DNA of 64,000 nt, taken from assembly GCA_963718445.1 (NCBI GenBank), contig CAVQZI010000001.1:1706522-1770521 (forward strand), written 5' to 3'. The position numbers and the translations under genes are program-made. The notes under the pieces are model-generated. The model ran no database searches and was not told where the DNA came from. It saw nothing but the letters and a program-made list of their open reading frames with translations. The first letter of the stretch is position 1; every line of letters starts with the position of its first letter. Below, piece by piece: positions 9,676 through 19,162 of this stretch. Source of the stretch: an uncultured Acidobacteriaceae bacterium. GTDB lineage: Bacteria > Acidobacteriota > Terriglobia > Terriglobales > Acidobacteriaceae.

Positions 9676-11526
9676 ATGGCCACACCCGGCGACTTTGCGC
9701 ACACCATCAAGGAGCAGGCTGATATCGTCCGCATCGTGGGCGAGTACGTCAAGCTGCGCAAAAGCGGAGCACAGAATTTTCAGGGCTTGTGTCCATTTCA
9801 TCAGGAGAAGACGGCGTCGTTCTCGGTCCATGCGACGCGTCAGTTCTTTCACTGTTTCGGCTGCGGAGCTTCGGGCGATGTCTTTGCGTTCGTACAGAAG
9901 CTCGAGAACATTACCTTCCCTGAGGCTGTACGACTCGTAGCAGAGAAGCTCAACATTGCGCTGCCCAAGATGACTTACTCCTCGCCCGAGGAGGCCCGTG
10001 CCGGCAAACTTCGTGGCGGGCTCATCGATGTGCACGAGCGGGCCTGCGCTTTTTTCCAGGATCAACTGCGCCGCCCGGAGGCCGCACACGCCCGAGAGTA
10101 TCTTGCCTCCCGTGGACTCACGCCAGAGCACATTGCCGAGTTTCGCATCGGCTATGCGCCAGATTCGGGCTTTCTGCTTCGCGACGCGCTCCGCAAGCAG
10201 TTCGACGACGAAGAGCTTCTGCGCGAGTCGGGGCTGTTTAGTTGGAAGGCCGCTGATCCCTCCCCCCTGGCCCCTAACCCCCAGCCCCTGCCCTCCGCCT
10301 ACTCCCGCTTCCGCAATCGCGTGATGTTCCCGATCTGCAATGAGTCAGGCAAAGTAATCGCCTTCACCGGACGCACGCTCTCTGCCGACGAGAAAGCTGG
10401 GCCCAAGTATTTGAACTCGCCGGAGACGCCGATCTACTCCAAGTCGCGCGTCCTCTTCAACCTGGGCAAAGCCAAAGACGCCATTCGCAAGCTCGATTAC
10501 TCCATCCTGGTGGAGGGTCAGATGGATTGCATCTCCGTGTACAACGCCGGTTTTCACAATGTGATCGCCAGCTCCGGAACTGCGTTCACTGAGCCGCAGG
10601 CGCGACTGCTGGCGCGATTCAACAAGAACATCGTCGTCAATTTCGATCCTGACACCGCTGGGGCTGCGGCGGCCGAGCGTTCCCTCGCGCTGTTGGTGAG
10701 CGAAGACTTCCAGATCAAGATCCTGACTCTTGAGAACGGCTTTGACCCCGATCTTTACATCCGGCGCAGGGGACGGGATGCGTACGAGCTGGCGCTCCAG
10801 CAATCGCAAAAATACTTTGATTATCTAATCGAACGTTCGCGCTCCCAGTTCTCTGTGCGCACGCCCGAGGGCAAGGTGAAGGCAGTGAACTACCTGCTGC
10901 CCCATCTTCAGCGAGTCCCCAGCCGCATAGTTCGCGACGAGTGGGCCAACGAGATTTCTCACCGGCTGGGCATTGACTCGGCGGTGTTGCGCCAGGAGCT
11001 GCGACATGCCGCAGGATCGCGATCCACGTCACGCGTAAACGCGACGAGCGCTGGCGGCCTGACCGATGCTGAGCGGGTCTTGATTCGTGCCTTGTCGAGC
11101 GAGGCCCCGGCGCATGCAGCGGCTAGCAGTCGCGAAGGTCTGGACAGCGAGTTCGAGCCGGCGCGGCAGGCCCATTTCGCGCTCACCCGCGAGCGGCTGC
11201 ACGAAGGCTCCAGTGCCGAGACGCTCCTCGACGCTATCTTACTGGCGCACGAGCAGGGGCTGAACCCCATGTCCCTTCCCTTGGACGACGCGGGTAGAAG
11301 TCTCTTGGCGGCCGTACTGATGGACGAACACGAGGAACTCACGCCGGAGTTGCTGGACAGCGCGCTTCGCTCCCTCCGTAGGCGTGTTTTGCGGCGTCAA
11401 CTCGACAACCTGCAATATCAGTTGAAGGATGCCGAGCGGCGCCAAGACCCGGCTTCCGCAGCAAAGCTTTTGCAGGAGCGGGTCCGATTACGCAAGATGA
11501 TGAGCACCATCGGAGAGAGCGCCTGA
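9676..11526 (+). CDS. dnaG: DNA primase
   Basis: Zinc ribbon CPFHQEKTASFSV...FHCFGCG, RFRNRVMFPI, KYLNSPET, and a TOPRIM EGQMDCIS motif. Confidence 0.97.
   Translation: MATPGDFAHTIKEQADIVRIVGEYVKLRKSGAQNFQGLCPFHQEKTASFSVHATRQFFHCFGCGASGDVFAFVQKLENITFPEAVRLVAEKLNIALPKMTYSSPEEARAGKLRGGLIDVHERACAFFQDQLRRPEAAHAREYLASRGLTPEHIAEFRIGYAPDSGFLLRDALRKQFDDEELLRESGLFSWKAADPSPLAPNPQPLPSAYSRFRNRVMFPICNESGKVIAFTGRTLSADEKAGPKYLNSPETPIYSKSRVLFNLGKAKDAIRKLDYSILVEGQMDCISVYNAGFHNVIASSGTAFTEPQARLLARFNKNIVVNFDPDTAGAAAAERSLALLVSEDFQIKILTLENGFDPDLYIRRRGRDAYELALQQSQKYFDYLIERSRSQFSVRTPEGKVKAVNYLLPHLQRVPSRIVRDEWANEISHRLGIDSAVLRQELRHAAGSRSTSRVNATSAGGLTDAERVLIRALSSEAPAHAAASSREGLDSEFEPARQAHFALTRERLHEGSSAETLLDAILLAHEQGLNPMSLPLDDAGRSLLAAVLMDEHEELTPELLDSALRSLRRRVLRRQLDNLQYQLKDAERRQDPASAAKLLQERVRLRKMMSTIGESA
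10257..10298 (+). repeat. Heptamer-periodic C-rich tract (CCCCTGG CCCCTAA CCCCCAG CCCCTGC CCTCCGC) inside dnaG
   Basis: 7-nt periodicity read directly. Encodes DPSPLAPNPQPLPS. Confidence 0.6.
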
Positions 11527-11749
11527 CTGGCGAAACCAGCGGTTATCCTGGCTGCCAACACCCGTAAGTGGTTGACCACAAAAGCGTGAAGCCAACTCCG
11601 ATGTGCCGACATCTAAAAGTACAGAAGATCAGGAGGAAAACCGCGTAACTGCCGATTGCAGGTTTGGCGTGGCTATTCTTCGTAAATCGTAGAAACAACT
11701 ACTCAAGCGGCGTGGTGTATGCTAAAATTCGTAAGTTTCCGCATACGTC

Positions 11750-11763
11750 GGTACTGCAGTACC
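11750..11763. promoter_or_regulatory. Perfect 14-nt palindrome GGTACTGCAGTACC upstream of rpoD
   Basis: Self-complementary as read. Lies 68 nt upstream of the rpoD start. Function unknown. Confidence 0.25.
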
Positions 11764-11830
11764 GCTCCCGCCGCAGTGTGCACTGAATCAGCGCGCCTTA
11801 AAAGGGACGCGTGGTAGAGGAAATTCCGCT

Positions 11831-13513
<1,683 letters not shown>

Positions 13514-13516
13514 AAA

Positions 13517-13548
13517 CAGTTGTCGTTTGCCGGGTGTCAGTTGTCAGT
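13517..13548 (+). repeat. GTTGTC/GTCAGTT heptamer-word element (intergenic copy)
   Basis: CAGTTGTCGTTTGCCGGGTGTCAGTTGTCAGT uses the same words as the mnmG insertions. Confidence 0.6.
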
Positions 13549-13555
13549 ATTTCAA

Positions 13556-13583
13556 GACGGGACGCGAGAGCGTCCCGTCTTTT
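13556..13583 (+). terminator. Rho-independent terminator after rpoD
   Basis: GACGGGACGC GAGA GCGTCCCGTC followed by TTTT. Confidence 0.8.
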
Positions 13584-13627
13584 GCCGCCCGAATATCCCG
13601 CTGGGGAGTTGAGTCCGGGACGCGCGT

Positions 13628-13873
13628 GTGCCAGACTATGCAGTGAGGCTGCCAATGGACTGGTCAGAATGTGAACTCGTGGAGAGTGTTCCAGGCAAGG
13701 TCTCCGGGAAACCGGTGATCAAGGGCACGCGTGTCCTCGCCGATCAAGTTGTTGAAGAGGCCGAACTCGGAAGCTCCATCGACGAGATCGCAGAGAATTA
13801 TCCATCCCTCACCCTTGAAAAGATCAGACAGTTGCTCGCCTACGCCAGCTCTCACATCCCTCAATCGCGGTGA
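13628..13873 (+). CDS. DUF433-domain protein (antitoxin-like partner)
   Basis: GKPVIKGTRVLADQVV...IDEIAENYPSLTLEKIRQLLAYA fits the DUF433 pattern. 4-nt overlap with the next gene. Confidence 0.75.
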   Translation: MPDYAVRLPMDWSECELVESVPGKVSGKPVIKGTRVLADQVVEEAELGSSIDEIAENYPSLTLEKIRQLLAYASSHIPQSR

Positions 13874-14219
13874 AGATCCTACTGGACGAAAACATCCCCC
13901 ACAATTTGCGATCCCGCTTACCTGGTCACGAAGTTGCGACGGTAACTCACTGTGGCTGGGGCGGCCTGAAGAATGGTGAGTTGCTGGACGCCGCTGAGAG
14001 AAACGGGATTCGAATCTTCGTCACTGGCGATCGAGAATTGGAATACCAGCAGAACATGCCTCCACGCAGATTGGCTGTCGTTGCTCTTTCCGCCCATCAC
14101 TGGCAATCATCAAGTATCACGTCCGGGAGATTCTTGAGGCAATAAACCGCGCGTCTCAGGGTCAACTGGTGCACGTGAACTGCGGAAGTTTCGTCAGGCA
14201 CAGACGCCGAGGATTGTGA
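13870..14219 (+). pseudogene. DUF5615 (PIN-like) protein, frameshifted near 14101-14106
   Basis: MKILLDENIPHNL...FVTGDRELEYQQN continues convincingly only in the -1 frame (LAIIKYHVREILEAINRASQGQLVHVNCGSF). The annotated frame stops at 14145. Confidence 0.6.
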
Positions 14220-14569
14220 AACTCAGGCGGGTTCTGGGGCACCAACAACAGAACTCCGAGTATGAACCGTTCTGGCAGAAGAGATACTATGACCGGAACG
14301 TGCGCAGCGTGCGCGAGTTCGGGATCAAGTTGCGCTATCTGCACCGCAATCCCCGGGGTCCCCAGGCAGCGCTTCTTTTGCGCTGGTTGGGGTGGAAGCC
14401 GGTGAAGCGCGGGTTGGTGCGTGACCCGGGCGATTGGAAGTGGAGCAGCTTTCGGCACTACGCCTTCCGCGAGATGGGTGTGGTCGAGATTGAGTCAGAG
14501 TGGACGGGAAGAGATCGCGAGCTCAAAGTGACCGGCGGCCAGCCCCACGTGTTCCTCTGCCCGAGTTAG
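14216..14569 (+). pseudogene. 5'-truncated REP-associated tyrosine transposase (IS200/Y1-like RAYT) remnant
   Basis: FWQKRYYDRNVRS...LRYLHRNP[16-aa insert]VKRGLVRDPGDWKWSSFRHY. The N-terminal HUH half is missing. Confidence 0.7.
14353..14395 (+). repeat. 43-nt REP-like hairpin element, copy A (inside RAYT remnant)
   Basis: CCGGGGTCCCCAGGCAGCGCTTCTTTTGCGCTGGTTGGGGTGG aligns without gaps to the copies at 21271 and 33247. Confidence 0.8.
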
Positions 14570-14585
14570 GCCGAGGCCCAGGTTA

Positions 14586-14618
14586 GCGTCCAAAAGATGG
14601 ACGCGAACCTGGGGCACC
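14586..14618 (+). repeat. REP-type hairpin next to the RAYT remnant
   Basis: GCGTCCA AAAGA TGGACGC followed by GAACCTGGGGCACC, 17 nt after the RAYT stop. Confidence 0.5.
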
Positions 14619-14682
14619 AGGCTGGCTTGTGCGAGAGAACCGACCGGTGTACCCAGCGGGCGACGCGGGTGATGAGGACTCA

Positions 14683-14943
14683 GGTCCAACTTGTGTCAGT
14701 TGGCCTGGCGGAGATTCAGTGGGTCATCGTCGGCGGCGAAAGCGGGGCGGGGCCCGTCCGATGGAACGGGAATGGGCCATCTCCCTTCGTCGACAGCGCC
14801 GCAGTTTCGGCGTGCCCTTTTTCTTCAAACAATGGGGCGGCAATCGAAAAAAGAAACCAGGGCGACGGCTCGATGGCCGCACTTATGATGAGATGCCTCG
14901 GGTGGACCCTAGTCTCAAGCCTGTGTCGATCCGCATGGGCTGA
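14683..14943 (+). pseudogene. Truncated, frameshifted phage Gp37/Gp68-family (DUF5131) remnant
   Basis: IQWVIVGGESGAG in one frame, then ARPMEREWAISL...GVPFFFKQWGG...GRRLDGRTYDEMP in the -1 frame. The shift lies in the G-run at 14744-14752. Confidence 0.65.
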
Positions 14944-14976
14944 AGTCGAGAGACTACCGTGCGGACCCTCGAACCG

Positions 14977-15288
14977 CTATCCCGCGCGGCGTGTCTCCTG
15001 CAACACCTCGTCCAGCGCGCCCGCGAGATGTTCGGCGCGCTCGTTGTAATCGCTGGCGACGCAATCGTACTTGCGCTTGAGGACATGAAGTTCGTCGGCG
15101 ATATTTAACGCTGCCAGCACAGCCAACCGCAGAGAGTCCACTGTGGCCGCTTGCTTGGAAATCAACCGCATTTTCGTATCCACGTACTCTGCCAGCTGCG
15201 CGATGTATTCAGGATCAGAGCCCCGAAGATGATAGGTCTGATCATAGATTTCCACGCGAACCTTGCCGTTGCTGTTCGAGTCACTCAA
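14977..15288 (-). CDS. zapA: Cell division protein ZapA
   Basis: VRVEIYDQTYHLRG...VDSLRLAVLAALNIADEL pattern. TTG start at 15288 with AGGAGG 6 nt upstream; the track start is 15318. Confidence 0.8.
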   Translation of the reverse strand: MSDSNSNGKVRVEIYDQTYHLRGSDPEYIAQLAEYVDTKMRLISKQAATVDSLRLAVLAALNIADELHVLKRKYDCVASDYNERAEHLAGALDEVLQETRRAG

Positions 15289-15324
15289 GATCGGCCTCCT
15301 GATGAGATGCCAGGCCACTGGCCT

Positions 15325-15394
15325 CTCGCCCCTAATCTCTCGCCCCTAATCTCTCGCCCCTAATGTCTCGCCCCTAATGTCTCGCCCCTAATCC
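15325..15394. repeat. Tandem repeat, 5 x 14 bp (CTCGCCCCTAATNT)
   Basis: Five head-to-tail units read directly, differing only at the 13th and 14th positions of the unit (ct, ct, gt, gt, cc). Confidence 0.95.
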
Positions 15395-15405
15395 CTATCT
15401 GCTCA

Positions 15406-15687
15406 CTACGCTTCTTCCAGCGCCAACGCTTCAATTTGCCCTAACATCTTTTCCACGCGAACGCGTACCTCCTCCCGTTCGCGGCGCAACGCCACCAACT
15501 CGTGGCGCATTGTCTCCACTTCTTCCTCCCGCTCATTCAATTGTTCGCGCAGCCGCGCGACATCGCGTTCCGCCACGGCCTTGCCTTCCCGAGCGGATTT
15601 CAACAACTCAATCGTACGCAGGATTTTTTCTTCCAGGGATTTGAACTCTGTGGTGGCGGGAGCGGCTTCAACTGCATTTGCTCGCAT
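15406..15687 (-). CDS. Coiled-coil protein, ZapB-like (upstream of zapA)
   Basis: Heptad-rich sequence rich in charged Glu/Arg residues, in the conserved position before zapA. No enzymatic motif. Confidence 0.5.
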   Translation of the reverse strand: MRANAVEAAPATTEFKSLEEKILRTIELLKSAREGKAVAERDVARLREQLNEREEEVETMRHELVALRREREEVRVRVEKMLGQIEALALEEA

Positions 15688-15915
15688 AATCGCGCATAAC
15701 CTTCCAAGGCATGTTTACTATTGCGAGCGCAGTATATCGCAGAAATTCATGTGTAAAAGTGCGCAAGTCACGATTGTGAGCATTTCGGCGAGGGCTGAAC
15801 CTCAGTGTGCAACGCCCTCGGTGCAAGGGGCTGCCCCACCTTGTCTCATCTGCAGAGTGCTTCCGCGTGTCCCCCGCCAGGCCGCGCCCCGTGACCTCCC
15901 GGGTGAACCCGGTAA

Positions 15916-18060
15916 CTACGCTCGAAGCACTCCGCCCAGCGCCTCCAGTTTGGCGATGACCTGCTCCGACCACTGCGCTACCTCCTCGTCGCGCAGCGTG
16001 CGATCCTGCGACTGGAACTCTGCGTGGAGCAGAATAGAGTACTTGCCGGCGCCCACCTTCTCACCACGATAAATTTCGCCGGGAATGAACGCACGCAGCT
16101 CGGCAACGCCAAATTCTCCAACGGCGGAACCGATTTTATCGAATGTAATCTCATCGTCGAAGACGAACGAGAAATCGCGCTCCACAACCGGAAACTTCGA
16201 AATAGCCTGATACCGCGGTTCGCGCAACGGGTGCCCGTAAAGACGGTCAAGCATCACCTCGGCCACATAAATTTCCTGCCGGAGCTTGCGCGCGGCCGCC
16301 TGCTCGGGATGCAATTGCCCAAATAGAGCGACGGTCTCTCCATCCACCACAGCCCTCGCCGCGCGCCCCGGATGGAGATACGCAGGCACATCCGTGTTGA
16401 AGCACAGCGACTGATGCTGAAATGCTGCGAGCAGCTCTTCGATGTCGCCCTTCAAATGGAAGAACGTGTACGGCTGAGCCTGGAAATGCAAGCCCCCCGG
16501 CAGCGCATTTCCGCTTGCAACGAAGCCGAGATGGCGACGCTCATCGTGCAGATCGCCCACCGTCTTGAAGACCTCGCCTGATTCAAAGAGGCGCACATCG
16601 GTAATCCCGCGGTTTAGGTTGTAGCTGATGAGGTTGAGGAGGCCTGGCAGCAATGACGTGCGCATATAACCCGCTTCCGCGCTTAGCGGATTGGCCAAGG
16701 CAAGCGGTTCGCCTCCTCCGAAGGTGCGTGCGTCCTGCTCCGAGATGAAGGTGATCGAGATCGCCTCGTTGTATCCCAGGGCAAGCATCGTCTCGCGAAT
16801 TCTTGAGTTCTTGCGTTCATCCGGCAGCTCGGCCACGGCCCCAACAAAGGCGGGCAGCGTGTTCGGGAATTTGTTGTACCCGTAAATGCGCGCCAGCTCC
16901 TCAATCAAATCGATCTCACGCTCCACATCCAGCCGCCACGTCGGAAGCTGCACAGTCCAGGTCGAGCTTGCCTTGTCAGGCGTGTCATCCCGAGCGACCA
17001 AGGCGACAGATTTCACCGCTGCCGCGTTGGCGCCGGTCGCCGACGAACTCGAGGGACCTGCTGTTGAGCTTGTCGCACTAGGGTTCCCAGCACGCAGTGC
17101 GAATCCCAGCCTTCGCAAAATCCGTTCGATCTCGCCTTCGCTGATGTCGATGCCAAGATGGCGCTTGATCTCTGATCGGCGGAGCGGTAGAGGCGCCCGG
17201 TCCAGCTTGCGACCGATTGCATCGATGCGCCCGCCGTAGAGCTCGCCGCCCGCACTTTGCAGAATCAGTTCGGCAACTCGATCACAGGCTAGAGCTGTGA
17301 TGCCGTAATCGGCGCCGCGCTCAAACCGATGTGACGCGTCTGTATGCATACCATGCCGCTTGGCCATGCTCCGAACCGTCGCCGGATCGAACCATGCTGA
17401 CTCGATCAGCACATGCTTCGTGCCCTCAGTGATCATGGTGTCGAAGCCACCCATCACACCGGCTAATGCAACTGGCTTCTTCGCGTCGGCGATCACCAAG
17501 TCTTCAGTCGTCAGCTTGCGATCCACGCCGTCGAGAGTCTTCAGCGATTCGCCCTCTCGTGCGCGGCGGACGATGATCGTGCCTCCCTCCAGCAGGTCGA
17601 GATCGAAGGCGTGTGTGGGATGACCAAGCTCGTTGATGGCATAGTTGGTCGCGTCAGCAACATTGTTGATGGAACGGGATCCTAGAAGTTCAAGCCGCTT
17701 CACCACGAGTTCCGGCGATGACCCGATCTTCACGTTGCGAACAATGCGCGCGGTGTACCGGGCGCAGCCGTGAGCGTCTTCAGTGACAATGGGGAAGTGA
17801 GCATCGCCCTTCGCGGCGGGAAGTTTCAGTTCGACCTTCTTCAGTTCAACGTCGTAGATGGCCGACGCCTCACGTGCGACGCCGTAGTGATTCATCGCAT
17901 CGACGCGGTTGGTGGTCAGGTCCATCTCGTAAACCGTAGCGCCGTTTTCTTCCTGGACAGACTCCACCGCCATACCTGCCGAAGTCAGAGCTTCGGCAAA
18001 TTGGCGATCATCGGGTGGAGCGTCGACGAACTCTCGCACCCATGCAGGAATGATCCTCAT
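15916..18060 (-). CDS. pheT: Phenylalanine--tRNA ligase beta subunit
   Basis: B3/4 motifs NNVADATNYAINELGHPTHAFD and ALAGVMGG, B5 IDLIEELARIYGYN, and a C-terminal FDEITF anticodon-binding-like domain. 4-nt overlap with pheS. Confidence 0.95.
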   Translation of the reverse strand: MRIIPAWVREFVDAPPDDRQFAEALTSAGMAVESVQEENGATVYEMDLTTNRVDAMNHYGVAREASAIYDVELKKVELKLPAAKGDAHFPIVTEDAHGCARYTARIVRNVKIGSSPELVVKRLELLGSRSINNVADATNYAINELGHPTHAFDLDLLEGGTIIVRRAREGESLKTLDGVDRKLTTEDLVIADAKKPVALAGVMGGFDTMITEGTKHVLIESAWFDPATVRSMAKRHGMHTDASHRFERGADYGITALACDRVAELILQSAGGELYGGRIDAIGRKLDRAPLPLRRSEIKRHLGIDISEGEIERILRRLGFALRAGNPSATSSTAGPSSSSATGANAAAVKSVALVARDDTPDKASSTWTVQLPTWRLDVEREIDLIEELARIYGYNKFPNTLPAFVGAVAELPDERKNSRIRETMLALGYNEAISITFISEQDARTFGGGEPLALANPLSAEAGYMRTSLLPGLLNLISYNLNRGITDVRLFESGEVFKTVGDLHDERRHLGFVASGNALPGGLHFQAQPYTFFHLKGDIEELLAAFQHQSLCFNTDVPAYLHPGRAARAVVDGETVALFGQLHPEQAAARKLRQEIYVAEVMLDRLYGHPLREPRYQAISKFPVVERDFSFVFDDEITFDKIGSAVGEFGVAELRAFIPGEIYRGEKVGAGKYSILLHAEFQSQDRTLRDEEVAQWSEQVIAKLEALGGVLRA
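16985..17062 (+). repeat. GTCATCCCGAGCG...GAGGGACCTGC family element embedded in pheT coding sequence
   Basis: Both signature words are present. On the coding strand they translate as ...VALVARDDTPD... within a low-complexity Ser/Ala-rich segment. Confidence 0.55.
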
Positions 18061-19160
18061 GCGAACTGCTCCAAAAACCGCACGTCGCCTTCAAAGAACT
18101 GCTGGATTTCCTCAACCCCGTACTTCAGCAGCGCAATCCGGTCTGGCCCCATGCCGAAGGCGAACCCGGAAATCTTCGATGAGTCGTAGCCATTGTGCTT
18201 CACAAAGTCGAAGACATTCGGATCGACCATGCCGCAGCCCAGCAGTTCGATCCAGCCGCTGAACTTGCACTTGCGGCAGCCCTTGCCGCCGCAAAAAATG
18301 CAGCTCACCTGCATATCGGCGCTCGGTTCAGTGAACGGAAAGAACGACGGATAAAAACGAGTCTTGACCGAGGAACCGAACAGCGCCTTCATCGCGTGAT
18401 CGAGCGTGCCCTTCAGATCGCAAAACGTGATGTTGGTATCGACTGCCAGTCCTTCGACCTGATGAAAGACGGGCGAGTGCGTTGCGTCGAGGGGGTCATT
18501 GCGGTGCACCTTGCCGGGAATGATGATGCGCACCGGCGGCGGCTGCTTCTCCATGACGCGAATCTGCACCGGCGAGGTGTGCGTGCGCAATAGCAGACGA
18601 TCGCGCGCGGGCTTGCTTTCCTGGCCGGCGATGAACAGCGTGTCCTGCGTATCGCGCGCCGGATGGTTGGGCGGGAAGTTGAGCGATTCGAAGTTGTAGT
18701 AGTCGGTCTCGACCTCCGGCCCTTCGCCGATCGAGTAGCCCATCGCCTTGAAGACAGCGACGATCTCGTCCATCACGCGCAGCACCGGATGCTTGACGCC
18801 TATGGGGCGCTGAATGCCGGGAAGAGTGATGTCGACACGCTCGCTTGCGAGCTTGGCGTCGGTCGATGAAGCATGAATTTTACTGTGCGCGTCTTCAATG
18901 ACGGCTTCGACGCGAGCCTTTAGTTCGTTGACGCGGCGGCCGACGTCGCGCTTCGCCGCACCAGGCGCGGCCTTCAACCAGATATCGTTGACTTGTGTGA
19001 GCACGCCGTTCTTGCGCGCCAGCCAGCGATCGCGAAAAGTCTTCCAATCGGCGTCAGTGCGCAAAGCGGAAGTTTCAGAGTCCAAGGCGGCGAACAGCTC
19101 CGCGACCCCGCGATCCAGCGCTTCGGGCGAGTAGTTGTCGAGTTTGGGGACGGTGTACAT
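18057..19160 (-). CDS. pheS: Phenylalanine--tRNA ligase alpha subunit
   Basis: HPARDTQDTLF, LLRTHTSPVQIR, FRYFPFTEPS-like FYPSFFPFTEPSADM, and GFAFGMGPDRIA motifs. Confidence 0.97.
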   Translation of the reverse strand: MYTVPKLDNYSPEALDRGVAELFAALDSETSALRTDADWKTFRDRWLARKNGVLTQVNDIWLKAAPGAAKRDVGRRVNELKARVEAVIEDAHSKIHASSTDAKLASERVDITLPGIQRPIGVKHPVLRVMDEIVAVFKAMGYSIGEGPEVETDYYNFESLNFPPNHPARDTQDTLFIAGQESKPARDRLLLRTHTSPVQIRVMEKQPPPVRIIIPGKVHRNDPLDATHSPVFHQVEGLAVDTNITFCDLKGTLDHAMKALFGSSVKTRFYPSFFPFTEPSADMQVSCIFCGGKGCRKCKFSGWIELLGCGMVDPNVFDFVKHNGYDSSKISGFAFGMGPDRIALLKYGVEEIQQFFEGDVRFLEQFA

Positions 19161-19162
19161 GG

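Noticed and set aside
9499-10131. 210-aa minus-strand ORF
   Set aside because: Antisense shadow of dnaG.
15325-15394. Possible CRISPR array
   Set aside because: Units are 14 bp, directly abutting with no spacers, and no cas genes are present. It is a simple tandem repeat.
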